DNA of 63,996 bases, filler included, from Diploschistes diacapsis (Eukaryota): the NCBI GenBank assembly GCA_023645945.1. It is 10 parts of 10 records of this genome, joined end to end, with 100 filler letters (N's around TTAATTAATTAA, not from the genome) between each part and the next. Parts side by side here need not be neighbours in the genome. Positions count along the whole stretch, not along the records: positions 45,422 to 51,769 come from JALAIB010001408.1; positions 51,870 to 58,215 come from JALAIB010001409.1; 8 more parts are not named here. One strand, written 5' to 3'. Both the position numbers and the translations under genes were made by a program. Positions 46,723 to 58,315 of the stretch are shown here, in pieces. The notes under the pieces were generated by a model. It was not told the DNA's origin and did not search any database. It worked only from the letters and a program-made list of their open reading frames with translations. Numbering within the stretch: position 1 is the first letter of the stretch; the number at the start of each line of letters is the position of its first letter.

Positions 46723-49254
46723 ATGGGGACACGCGGCTTCTTTGCCTATCGGTTTCGAGGCCGTTACTATCTTTTCTACAATCACTGGGACAGCTATCCA
46801 GAAGGTGGTCTCGGAGCTGACATTGTAAACGGAATTCCAAAAGACCCTGAGGAATATCAACAGTGGCTCAAAAATCTACACCGTCAGTTGAACAAATGGG
46901 AGCAAATGCTCCTTACAAAAGTCCTAGCTATTCCAGACACTGTTATCCATGCCCTTCATTCTGGCCTTGCTTTTGTCGAACCTCGCTTCAAAGCATACCT
47001 AGATGAGCGAATGGAGAACACTCCTTCCTATGCGTTACCTCGCAACGACCTCTACATAGAATGGGTGTACATCATCGACTTAGATAACGACCTGTTCATC
47101 GTTGACAACGGAGCTCATTTTGAGCTCTCCCATGTCCTTGACATTGACAGTTGGCACAACGCACTCGAGCTGCGGAGACACCGGAGGGTCTTGAACCTGC
47201 ATTGGGTTTCGGAGGAGTCAGTTCCTTACAGGGCTCGGGGTGCTAAAGACCTCAGCCAAGAGTGTGCGGCGCTCCTTTCTAACGTCACCTATGTCAAGGC
47301 GAAAGGCTTTGATGCTCTGCCGAGGAACAGTCGTGCAGGAGCAATCTTAATGCACAAAATTTGGGAAGGCTTTCGAAGAGAGCTTGAAGACTCTCTCCCG
47401 TACACTCCACTCCAACTCCGACCCACCGACTTCGCCTTCCGGGAAATCGCTTTTTCGATACTATCGCTCGCCGCAGGGTTGCCAGGAAGTGTGGCTCTAT
47501 TGGATTGTAACCAGGCCTTGGATAATATTGCTGATGACTGGATCGCAGTTAAAAGCAATAACCCGTCGAAGCCCGCAGACATCGTGTCACTTGTTGGCCG
47601 AGGATATCACAGGGAGGGCGCAAAACCCGGAAGCGGACCCGAGGACACAACTTATTGGTTCAGAAATGTCGTGGTCCATCTCGCAGCTGATCTGAAGTCG
47701 ACGAAGAACATAGAGCAGGCGATCGCAGAAACTATAGAATTCGGCCGCTCTACAGCGCCGTCTCGGAGGCCATTCAACGCAGTGATTATGTCCATACGGC
47801 ACATTATTCTCCTGTGGTACTCCTCTCCAACAATCGAGCGTACGCAAGTGATGCCGCTTGTTGTGGTTAAAGCAGATGACGATGAACACTTCTCTGAACA
47901 CTGCATTTTGCCAGAAATGAATAAATCAGGAGATGCTGGGAATGAGTTAGAGGAGCCGAGCGAGACAGCGAGTGTGAGTCGACTTTCTGCAGAAGACTCT
48001 GGGGAACCCTCAGAAGATGAAGGAACGGATCCGGGAAACGGCTGCGTCCTCGACTCATCTTTCTTTGCATTGATGCATTTGTTTGAGGCAGGAAGACGAG
48101 GTAGCCTCAAACCTGAGCAAAAGAAGGAAGGAATTTTTCAGACGGAAATATATAGCGAGATCCTCAAACATGTTGATCGTGAAACCCAGCGTATATGTAC
48201 GGAGGTCTCACACACCTTTCACGATCTCTGCCAACATCGTATATTTGTCTCTGACGACCTTGTGCTTGAAAAGTACGACACCTCTAAAGACAGCTTCCGA
48301 TTCTGGGACATCGCTTTAGAAGAATTTGCCGACATGAGCCTTATTTATCTCCCTTGCCGTGGCAAAGCGAGCAAAGGTCGTCGGTTCTTTGTTACCTATG
48401 GGTACGATATTGACAACCGGTTTAACCAGACTGCATCATCAAGTCTTAGCATGCTTGGCACATGCAGCTTTCGAGTTCATTACAACAATGGCTCAGAAGC
48501 TCGACGTCGAAAAGTCAAGCATTTCGAGGCCGAAGAGCGTGCAAGTATCAGAAACTCGCATACACTAGATTGCCCAAGCAAGGAGCCAGCAGAACACTTT
48601 TGGGAAGACCGGCGCATTCTCAGCAAAGCTCAAGGCTTGGACTCGTACTGTTCTTTTAACTACAGCGAGACTTTAAGTTTGCGCAATGCTCACCAAATGT
48701 GGGAAAAAATCCTTCAGCGCTACGAGCTCCGAATGAGCGAAGGAAGCAACGTACGCTTGAAGGAGCCGGCGCACACAGTGACGTTAGGTGTAGAGGCGGT
48801 AAAGAAACTGGAAAATTCAGTAGGAGGTGGAGAAGAGGAATCATATGGGGCCGAGCTATTCTTCCAGGTCTATATTGGACGGCCTAATGCTTTTTATGAC
48901 ATTGACGGCACCTTCAATCGCCTACATTCCAGGGCGGAGCGTCATCTAAGGACGTGCTTGGTCAAGTTGAAGCAGGGTTGGACGGCTGTTCTTGTCTTGC
49001 TCGCTGTTGAACATTTCGTTGAGATGTATCAGTATGACAGTAAAGACATGAGCCTCAAGCCTTGGGAGAGGACTCGCAGGAAGCGATTAGGCCTCTTCAA
49101 GGAAAGAGACAGAGAGGAGGTAGAAGACTTCTTGCAAAATGTCAAAGCAACTGGACGACAAGCACAGGCCGCCATCACTCGACCTAATGATGACCGCGCT
49201 AGCTGGGACGATGTTGGAATGGGGCTTTATGGACAAACTTGCCCGCTGGATTAA
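46723..49254 (+). CDS. Intronless 843-aa protein of unknown function: MGTRG/HWDSYP N-terminal domain, F-box-like motif, divergent C-terminal domain
   Basis: Uninterrupted ORF with normal GC. MGTRG...YNHWDSYPEGGLG...IEWVYIIDLDN; F-box-like GIFQTEIYSEILKHVDRETQRICTEVSHTFHDLC at about 48130-48231. Confidence 0.85.
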   Translation: MGTRGFFAYRFRGRYYLFYNHWDSYPEGGLGADIVNGIPKDPEEYQQWLKNLHRQLNKWEQMLLTKVLAIPDTVIHALHSGLAFVEPRFKAYLDERMENTPSYALPRNDLYIEWVYIIDLDNDLFIVDNGAHFELSHVLDIDSWHNALELRRHRRVLNLHWVSEESVPYRARGAKDLSQECAALLSNVTYVKAKGFDALPRNSRAGAILMHKIWEGFRRELEDSLPYTPLQLRPTDFAFREIAFSILSLAAGLPGSVALLDCNQALDNIADDWIAVKSNNPSKPADIVSLVGRGYHREGAKPGSGPEDTTYWFRNVVVHLAADLKSTKNIEQAIAETIEFGRSTAPSRRPFNAVIMSIRHIILLWYSSPTIERTQVMPLVVVKADDDEHFSEHCILPEMNKSGDAGNELEEPSETASVSRLSAEDSGEPSEDEGTDPGNGCVLDSSFFALMHLFEAGRRGSLKPEQKKEGIFQTEIYSEILKHVDRETQRICTEVSHTFHDLCQHRIFVSDDLVLEKYDTSKDSFRFWDIALEEFADMSLIYLPCRGKASKGRRFFVTYGYDIDNRFNQTASSSLSMLGTCSFRVHYNNGSEARRRKVKHFEAEERASIRNSHTLDCPSKEPAEHFWEDRRILSKAQGLDSYCSFNYSETLSLRNAHQMWEKILQRYELRMSEGSNVRLKEPAHTVTLGVEAVKKLENSVGGGEEESYGAELFFQVYIGRPNAFYDIDGTFNRLHSRAERHLRTCLVKLKQGWTAVLVLLAVEHFVEMYQYDSKDMSLKPWERTRRKRLGLFKERDREEVEDFLQNVKATGRQAQAAITRPNDDRASWDDVGMGLYGQTCPLD

Positions 49255-50719
49255 CCAAAGCATGTTCATAATGCCTCTCATGTTTCTCCCTACTCGTGCG
49301 TGCAACCTAGATGAGGGGTCAGCAGTAGATACATTTGCTCTCTGCACTTCAAATCGTTTGCTTTTCTTTTCGAGATCCACAGCCACTTTTGTAGTGCATG
49401 CAGAGTCAAACGTTCAATTTTCATCATCTCGCGATGCCAAGGTCTTCGGCATAGCCCCGGCAGCCGTTACAGCTTGAGCGTGGAACTCTCTTCATCAACA
49501 TCTCTCCAGTAGTTCACTTGTAACCTGCTCGAAATGACTGCCTTCACGCTAAGATAATCCGCTCAACCCTCTGCTGAAATCATGAGGAAGCTTTCACAAC
49601 CAATCAACAAGCGTCCAATGTGTTTAACCTGACGCCCAAACGATGAGGTACACATGATTTCTATGCTGCTTCTGAATTCCTATTACTCTTTTTAGGGGTG
49701 GCAGCTTATTCGGACAACTCCGCAGCGTGTATAGATGGATGCAATAGGACACGGACCCCTTGATAACCGCTTGATATTCCGAAAATTTGATCGGCTCAAT
49801 CTGTACAATAGCTTGATTCTTCACCACCATTGGGCAGACAGTGATCGACAAGCTCGGAGACACCGCTGGCGCGGCTGATATCGCCCACAAGTAATGTGCA
49901 GATGTGTGCTAATAGCGGGGATACCAGTTGAAATTAATACAGAACATTCGAAGTCCTAACGCTGTCGAATCGCGTTCTACTCAGACCAGAAAGCATGAAA
50001 GGCAGAAGAAACTCTTATCAACCAGATTGCCTTTCGAAAGTTAATTAGACCTGTTTGTGCACTGATTTACGTGACATCCAAAATTAGATTGGACTCGGTC
50101 ATATTCGTTTCTCTACTGGTAGCATCCACCATGCTCTCAATGTTATTGAACCCAACCCAAGAAACTAGCTTTCCCATCATGCTCGTGTGATATAAAGATA
50201 CCAGTTTAATACCGCTAAACCACATAACCAAAAGACCAACAATACTGCATTACGCCAGTATTGAACCAAACTAAAAACATATAAACGAGACTACACTTTG
50301 ATTCATGTACAATAGCTCAATGGACATAGAAAACATCATGCTGAATGTTTGATTGGCTGCAGATACACTACTATCCTTGTCTTTGAAGAACAGCAATGCT
50401 CACGTGGTCTAAAGGAAACTCCATGCACTGAAATTGCATCTATTGAACTTGTTGATGCAACCGCCCAGGTCAAAAGCTGAAAGCGCGCTATATTCCTAGA
50501 CCCAGTGCATACTTAATTCGCTGAATGATACATTGGGCCAGACGTTACGTGAAGACACCCTGAACTCAGTATTCGTGCTTCATCTATTAGTTTCGCTCCA
50601 TTTTATTTGTTTGTGAACTCTCCGCCTAAATTTTTGAGTCCCGCCCTGATTTTGGCACTCTCGATTCTGCCTCGGATTTTGTGGAATTGACATACTCTTC
50701 TTGTCTCCAAATCAATGTT

Positions 50720-51769
50720 ATGACAGATCCAGGATCAGGTCCTAGATCCACCTAAAAATCGGTAATTAAAAGGTATCAAAAATGTTTTAAAAATATTAGA
50801 ATAATAAGTAAAATTATTACTGTTTGGCGGCATGGTTGAATGGTGAAGACGACTGCTGGATGATCTTTCGTTATAAATACGAAAGGTCGTTGGTTCGGGG
50901 CCCACTGCTGTCACCTATCGAATTCAATTTCTTTATTCCTTCAACATTACGTACGGCACCTTTCCATATTAAGTCAATATATCATCGACTTGGGCTAGCA
51001 TGTCCGACAAGATTGATGCGGGCTAGTTACCACTTGTTACGATCCGAGGTCCCAACCTCGTCATATCTTAATCACTCTTTATACTTAGAAATAGCCACAG
51101 TGACATAGGTTACGTGACATCTAAATAAACTAAATTTCCGTTTATTTGATTTAAATGAACGAATTAAATCATTATTCGTTTAATTTAAACGGCGTTAAAT
51201 ATATAACGCCGTTTATTGTGAATTTTATAAGCCCGGGTGTTTGGCAACGTAATGGATATATTGAAGTCTAGAGGTCTTATTCTAGGAAGTAATTCTACTG
51301 TGCAGACTTTTATACCCCACGGGACTCGTTAAGCTTTACTGGCCATACTACACCTGATCGGTTTAGTCAGGATTCTACCGGATTTTATAAGGTTCAATTA
51401 ATTAAATTAAATTAAATCGTAATAAGTTTATCTAAACTGAATTTCTCGGGTTCTTCTAATAAATTTCTTAAAATAAACCGAGTTTACAATCATGCCTTCC
51501 ATTTATTTATTTAATACTTTTTTATAAACCAAATTATTTAACACATTAATTTATTTAGATATCTTTTCGATTAAGACCGATTATCTTTAATAAAGACGTT
51601 ATATTTTATAATATAATAGCGTTCTTTTAAACGTCGTAATCTCGAACGATCATTTTATAAATTTTTTTTACATAACTTTTTATTCCGATAATTTAAAAAA
51701 CAATAATATATCTTAAATATAAAAAACTAGAATTTGAATTTTTTAACGTAACGTGTATGATTTAAATAG
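50720..51769. mobile_element. Mosaic of RIP-degraded repeats
   Basis: Increasingly AT-rich; 51290-51520 is an inverted homolog of 6005-6220. Confidence 0.7.
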
Positions 51770-51869
51770 NNNNNNNNNNNNNNNNNNNNNNNNNNNNNNN
51801 NNNNNNNNNNNNNTTAATTAATTAANNNNNNNNNNNNNNNNNNNNNNNNNNNNNNNNNNNNNNNNNNNN
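51770..51869. other. Artificial contig spacer
   Basis: N44-TTAATTAATTAA-N44. Confidence 0.99.
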
Positions 51870-54699
51870 CTTCCCCCCACTTCTCTCCTGGCCACACCTT
51901 CCCCAGCGCCTCCCAGATCCCCTCGACCAGCACAGTCTCCAACCCCTCCCTAACCTCCGCCGGCACCTCCTCGAGATCCCTCTCGTTCCTCTTCGGCAAC
52001 AGCACCATCCCCACTCCCGCCCTCAGCGCCCCGACCAACTTCTCCCTAATCCCGCCCACCGGCATTACCCTCCCTCTCAGACTGACCTCCCCCGTCATCG
52101 CAATGTGCGCCGGCACGGGCTTCCCCGAGAAAAGGCTCACGAGTGCCACGACGTGCGCGAGGCCTGCCGAGGGCCCGTCCTTGGGCACCGCGCCAGCGGG
52201 ACAGTGCACGTGCACGGAACGGTCCTTCATGATGTCCGCGCCGGGCTCCGAGGTCAGGCCGAGGTCGCAGGCATGGCCCTTGACCCAGCTGAGCGCCACC
52301 TCGACGGACTCCTTCAACACGTCGCCGAGCTGGCCCGTCAGCTGCACGCGGCCGCTGCCGCCGGGGAGGTCGGCGACTTCGATAAAGAGGATGGAGCCCT
52401 GCGTTCCCGAGGAGAAGGCGACGAGGCCAGTGACGATGCCCGGGACGGGGGTGGAGCTGAGGGCGAGCTCGGGGTCGAAGCGCGGAGAGCCGAGGATGGA
52501 GTGCAGGTCTTGAAGGGTAAGTTGGGGGTTGTAGGATGATTCGAGCGTGCCGGCGTCGCGGGCGTCGGAGTAGGCGACGGCCTTGGCGCGGCAGAGGGAG
52601 CCGATTTCGCGTTCGAGGCTGCGTACGCCGGATTCGCGGGTGTAGGAGGTTGAGAGCTCGTCGATTATGTCGGAGCCGATACGGACGTCGCCGGCTGAGA
52701 GGCCATTTGATAGGATTTGTTTCGGGATGAGATGACGGCTTGCAATGTGGCGCTTCTCTAGGGTGGTGTAACCCGAGAGAAAAATCGTTTCCATGCGGTC
52801 GAGGAGGGGAGGAGGAATGGTATCGAGGGTATTGGCGGTGGCTATGAAAAGAACTTTGGAAAGATCAAGCGGGATGTTGAGGTAATGGTCCGTGAAAGTG
52901 TGGTTCTGCTCTGGATCAAGGACTTCGAGCATTGCGGCCGAAGGATCCCCGTGGAAGTTTTGTCCCCCCACTTTATCAATTTCGTCAAGAAGGAAGACGG
53001 GATTGGCAACGCCAGCTTTCTTGAGACCATTGACTATGAGACCCGGCATGGCGGCGACGTAGGTCCTGCGATGGCCGCGGATCTCGGCTTCGTCGCGCAC
53101 GCCGCCCAGAGAAATGCGGTGGAACTTGCGTCCGAGAGCGGTTGCGACAGATTTTGCGAGACTGGTCTTGCCTGTGCCAGGAGGGCCGACAAGAAGGAGG
53201 ATTGGCGATTTGTCGATGGTGCGCTTGCTCTTCAAGACTTGGATCTTGGCGATCTGAGCATCGACATCCTCGTCAGTCGGCGTGCCATCGTTTCGACTCG
53301 ACTTCTCCCTCGAATGGGAGGCCTCCTCTTCTGCTTCCTTGATCTGTCCTTCGCGGTCTGTAGTAATTGTCTGCTTAAGCTTGAGTACAGCGAGGTACTC
53401 GAGAAGCCTCTTCTTGATCTTATCCAAGCCATAGTGATCGTCATCAAGCTGTTTCCGCGCTCTGCTTAATGTATCAGTTCCTAATTGATCCTCAGTTGCC
53501 TTCGTCCATGGTATCTCGGCCAGATTTTCCAAGTATGTACGACAGACGCCGTACTCGGCCTGCATAGGGTTTATTTTCCGTAACCGCTTGAGCTCCTTGT
53601 CCGCCACTTTTTGTGCCTCTGCACTCAACTTCGCCTCATCCAGTTTCACCTTGAGCTCCTGGATTTCGTCCATGTCCGAATCTGCGTTGCCTTCGGCAGG
53701 ATTACCACCGCCAGGCGGCATTAATCCGGACGGAAACTGACTACCCAGCCCTCTCCTCATCAGTGCTTCTCGCTGCTGCTGTGGCAAATTTGTGATATCA
53801 AGGCCAAGGCTGCTGGGTCTGCTTGAGCTCGAGAAGGTTGTAATCTGAACTTTTCCTTTCATGCCTTCCGTTTGCCGTTCCAGAAGCGCAATAGCAATTC
53901 GTACCCTCTCCTTCGGATCTAGCGCGGCCAGTATCCTCAATTTCTCCTCATACGTCGTCTCAACGACATTGGTCATGAAGTCTGCCAGCATTCCTGCCTC
54001 TTCAAACTCCTTCCTCGCGATAAAGCTTTGTATTTTCTGTGCGACAATCGGCGAAAGAGTGGATGAGGATCTTCCAAATAACGAAGACAGTCGTACGAGC
54101 GAGATCAACTCACCAGACAACTGTTTCAGCTGCTGAAATAGGGCTTGCGCCTCTGAGTCGCCAGCTTCGATGACTGTGATGGTCAGTGTAATTGTCACGG
54201 TGGTGAAGGAGATATATGGCCTACCCTCCTCCCCAAGCACCGTAACCTCACACTCCGTAAACGGCCTGAACTGCGTAAGCCTCTCCACCCTAAATCTCCT
54301 TAAACCATCCACCACGAGCCTAAGCTCACTCTGCTTCCTTCCTTGCACTCCCGTAATCTTCGCCGTCACGCCATACACAAACAGATCCCTCTCATTCAGT
54401 CTTCCTGAACCAACTTTGTGCGAGTCCGTGGACAATAGCCTTCGCGCAGTATTTCTTACCCGATCTTCAGACCCTTCAACGAGAAATTGCCCTTCAGGAC
54501 TAAGGAGCGGCGAGCAAAGAGGTACACAGCCGATTATTATCGAGGAGGTGCTTGCGACGCGGCTGTAGGCTGAGGTCAGGAGGGCAGGGATATCGGGGCG
54601 AGACGATATAGGGATACGATGGGTTATGCCGGGAAGGAGGACGGAGTCTCGAGGGAGAGGGATGATGGGAAGAACGAGGCGGTTTGGGGGAGACGCCAT
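51870..54699 (-). CDS. Lon protease, probably the peroxisomal LONP2 type, 3' partial; likely intron 54224-54174
   Basis: LON N-domain with no mitochondrial presequence, GPPGTGKT, LLDEIDK, catalytic PKDGPSAG, MTGE, VGGIREK. The C-terminus, where a PTS1 would be, is lost in the gap. Confidence 0.92.
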
Positions 54700-55246
54700 C
54701 TCGAACCCAGGAGTGGATGATGGGGATCAGCTTGATTCGAGTGATGATACAAGAGAAGTCAGATTGAGATTATGACTGAAAAAGTAAAAGACGAAGACAA
54801 GAGGGCAACAAGGAGTTGAGAGACTCCCAGATAAACTCCGATGATGCACAGATTCGAGACTCTTCGGTCATGGACTCATGGGCAGTTAGCCGAGGTATGC
54901 GGAGATATCGGTCAACGAGTGCCAAGTGCTTCACGTGCTGGATTATGAACTGTATGATAGATGATAGATACATAGATGTGAAAATCTTATATGCGTTTTA
55001 GATATCAGTCTCGAGGCAGAAACGGGGAAAAGACACATTGATTACTTGTTTACCAACCATTGCATACAACTTGTTAGATACCAACGCCCTGAGTTTTATG
55101 TTTGACTCCAATTACATCGATGTGCATCCATCAAGAAACGGATTGTTCACTCATATCGCATTTCTAAAACGCCCTTTGAACATGCCGCATGACTCTCATC
55201 TGAACTAAATCACTAGATTTAACCAACCACAGTCCTCGTCTTTCGA

Positions 55247-55939
55247 TTATAGCATAGCACCGAGGATACCAACGGCAGCAGCAGCGCCCATGACCTCCTT
55301 ACCCCATGCATTGGCGCTGGCAGCACCCGTGAAAGTTTGCAGTGGTGCAGAAGAGGTGGGAGTGAGGGCACCGGAGAAGCTAGTCACAGTAGCGGTAGCG
55401 CCAGGGAAGCCCCCAGTGGTGCCGATGGAGCCGCCAGTGGCTTGCGCCTCGACAGCAGTGAGGATGGAGCTGGCCTCGGGTATAAGAGAGCTGATGTCAG
55501 CAAGGACAGCACTTTCGATGATGGGGAGGTTGGACGCGACGTAGCCGCCGAGAGCAGTAATAGGGAGGGTCTGAGGAAGCTGAGAGATGAGACCGTCGAT
55601 GTTCTGGACGAGAGCAGTGAAGACGGCAGGCGAGTCGGCGGAGATTGCGGACATTTCCGCTGGCGAGAAAATGCCGGACGGGATTGAGCCAAGAGCCAAG
55701 CCCTCCAACATAGGAAGATTTGATGCTAGGACAGCTGGAAGATCGGAGACGACAGCTGTGGGGTTGATACCGGGGATCTGAAGGGTGGCCAGTTCTGGAC
55801 CGAGGCCGCCGGCCACTTGGGTAACAAGTGGGCCAAGCTGGCTGACCAGAGCAGGGAGCTCGGACGCAATAGTGTCGAGGTTTTGGGGGACGGCAGCTAC
55901 AATGGCAGCGCCCATGATAACGAGAGTAGTAGAACGCAT
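55247..55939 (-). CDS. Putative GPI-anchored cell-wall protein
   Basis: Signal peptide, amphipathic helical repeats, S/T/G linker, FTGAAS omega region, hydrophobic tail AAAAVGILGAML. Confidence 0.85.
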   Translation of the reverse strand: MRSTTLVIMGAAIVAAVPQNLDTIASELPALVSQLGPLVTQVAGGLGPELATLQIPGINPTAVVSDLPAVLASNLPMLEGLALGSIPSGIFSPAEMSAISADSPAVFTALVQNIDGLISQLPQTLPITALGGYVASNLPIIESAVLADISSLIPEASSILTAVEAQATGGSIGTTGGFPGATATVTSFSGALTPTSSAPLQTFTGAASANAWGKEVMGAAAAVGILGAML

Positions 55940-57829
55940 GTCTGGTGGTTAGTCGGAGCAACCGCTCAAGGTTTGTGAGATTGGTAGCGAGTGAGGTTGA
56001 GTTTGCTGTTACAGAAGGAACGTTTGCAAGGCAGGTCGATTCGAGGATGGTAAATCAAGGTTTAACGATGCAAAGAACTTAAAGGCAACCGAACACAAGT
56101 GAGTGTGTCTTGGACAGCAGAGAAACGGACTTGGAAATGGGCAAACGGCGGTTATGTAGAAAGTCATGCAAGTAAGTATCACTCACAGAACCCACAGATT
56201 CACATTCAGGCACTCAGCCCCAACACTTACGAGGTGTCAAGCCTAAGCCGAAGGAGGCTGGGAACATGACACGGCACAATGCATCATCTACGATACATTT
56301 TCCATGATAAACTACGACGGGCTTCCGGGCAAAGAAGCTGTAGTAACCTTGCGGAGATGACTCCAGAAGCTTGAAGTGAGATTGTTGCTGTCAGTCAGCG
56401 TAAGGGTAAGAACTCGGAATCCATTTTAAGCCCTAGATGCAAGTGTTCCGCATATGAAACGTTTTGCCTTTTTTGATCTGCTTACTTACTTCCACTGATC
56501 TGAATACTTCCGGTACACGATATAGCCAACTAGTCTCAGCTCATTTCAGCCCAGCACTCGCCACATTTTATGTATCCCAAAGTCCAACCTCTCCTTGATG
56601 ACCCTGATCCTCGTTGGACAAGGTTTGGCTTCCATCGTGTCTGCCTTCACCGTTTCACTCGGTTGCCTTTGTTCTAAATTCAGAAGCCCTTATTGCTAAA
56701 ATTTTTGAGACGTTCTGGAGAACTCTGTGTAAGCGCGGATGCATATCCCTCCATCTGATGTTGGGCCTTACCCCGTGCCACTCCATTTACTTTTCACTGT
56801 CTACTCAGCGGAGGACACCTGCCAAATTCAGTACCGGGATCATAGCAGAAGCGTGCCTGGACTTTGCATTATTGCATCTTCTGCCTGATCTCTTTGGCTG
56901 CGAATTTGGCCATGGCTCGTCGGGACGATGATGCGCCGCCTTCAGCTAGGTCACCGCCCTCATCCTCTGAATCCATATACGCCTAAAGAGACCATGGGGA
57001 GTCCTGGGCGAGTCTGCCTTTCGCCGGGGTGCTTACAGTGTCACAGTGATGTCTTGCATGCTCAATCCATGTCTTCTTTATTCCGCTCCATTTGCGATCA
57101 TGGCAGCCAAGTACATCCTCGACTCGTCTTGCGTAATCTATCGTCCAGCCCTGCGCCTAACGACTTGCTCGATCTGCCACCCGATATGCCGCGCGAAGGG
57201 TCTAAGCGACTCAAGGACTGAAGCTATCTACAAAGGATATCTCGAATTTTTGAATCGAGCTTGTTGGGTTGATATAAATATTCAAGATGCTGTTCCGAAC
57301 ACTTTGTGCGGCCATTTACAAAGCTCGCTTTGACTCGGATATGTCAGCTGATAAGAACGTTTTCAACAAGAGTTCTTCAAAGCATAGGTATCATGCATTG
57401 GCGATCGGAGGGGGAGCTTATCTTCCACAAATGTCGACAAATAAAGTATATTTGAGTAGGTAGTGTGGACTGCGAAGTATAGGTCAAGGACTATTAAGAT
57501 CAAACCATCAATTTTTTGAATGCTTGGGAGTTCAGGAGGTGCTTCAGTATCACATTTATGACCATAGCGCCACAAGCCTCGCCGTGATAGGAGGGTCATG
57601 CATCTGATTTGAATTGTTCAAGCTGCTTGCACTGCAACAATTCCAATAGTAGACGTGCTATAGACATGTACCAATTGCGAGAGGAATGAGGTACCTCACT
57701 ACTAGAGCTACTGCAAATAAGGACAGAGTTAAGGCTTCGGGCAACAACCGGCCGAGCACCATGCCATTCCTTCTCTCCATTGCGAACAAGACCTCGCAAT
57801 CACAGTCCGAGACTCAGATCTATAGCAAA

Positions 57830-58215
57830 ATGGGAGACCAAATAGATAGAAATGAAATGCTCAACCATCCCGACTACAAGCCTTCGTGGTGCTACAGGGG
57901 AGACGTCCCGCCCCTAACAGAAGGGGCCCAGAAGCTCCTCGTCGAGTACAGCAAGGTCCCGCCGAACGAAGTCGAAGCCCATGTAAGGAAGATCGTAAGT
58001 CCAAACTAATCCATACTGCAATGGACATAGCTTACGATATTTGATGATGAACGTAGAGAGATGAAGCCTACAGCATCGTAAGCCGGCCCCCAACCTCTCC
58101 TCCTTTCCCTTTCCCTGCCCCTTCCAGGCATTACTGCTGCAACATCTGATCATAATGGCCATCATATTCGCTCCCCACCTGCACTTCAAGGTGCGCCCTA
58201 AGGGTGTGCGCTGAC
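57830..58215 (+). CDS. N-terminus of a class I SAM methyltransferase (AusD/Trt5-like), 3' partial
   Basis: AQKLLVEYSKVPPNEVEAHVRKI|RDEAYSI resembles this family's N-terminal motif; GTAAGT and GTAAGC donors follow. Confidence 0.6.
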
Positions 58216-58315
58216 NNNNNNNNNNNNNNNNNNNNNNNNNNNNNNNNNNNNNNNNNNNNTTAATTAATTAANNNNNNNNNNNNNNNNNNNNNNNNNNNNN
58301 NNNNNNNNNNNNNNN
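58216..58315. other. Artificial contig spacer
   Basis: N44-TTAATTAATTAA-N44. Confidence 0.99.

Noticed and set aside
38962..54699. PEX14 and peroxisomal Lon as a peroxisome gene cluster
   Set aside because: They are on different contigs joined only by length sorting.
56600..57600. Short ORFs between the GPI protein and the methyltransferase
   Set aside because: No recognisable motifs or consistent splice pattern.
6406..58315. Regularly spaced TTAATTAATTAA palindromes as a biological repeat or CRISPR-like array
   Set aside because: Always centred in exactly 44+44 Ns; an assembly linker with six-frame stops.
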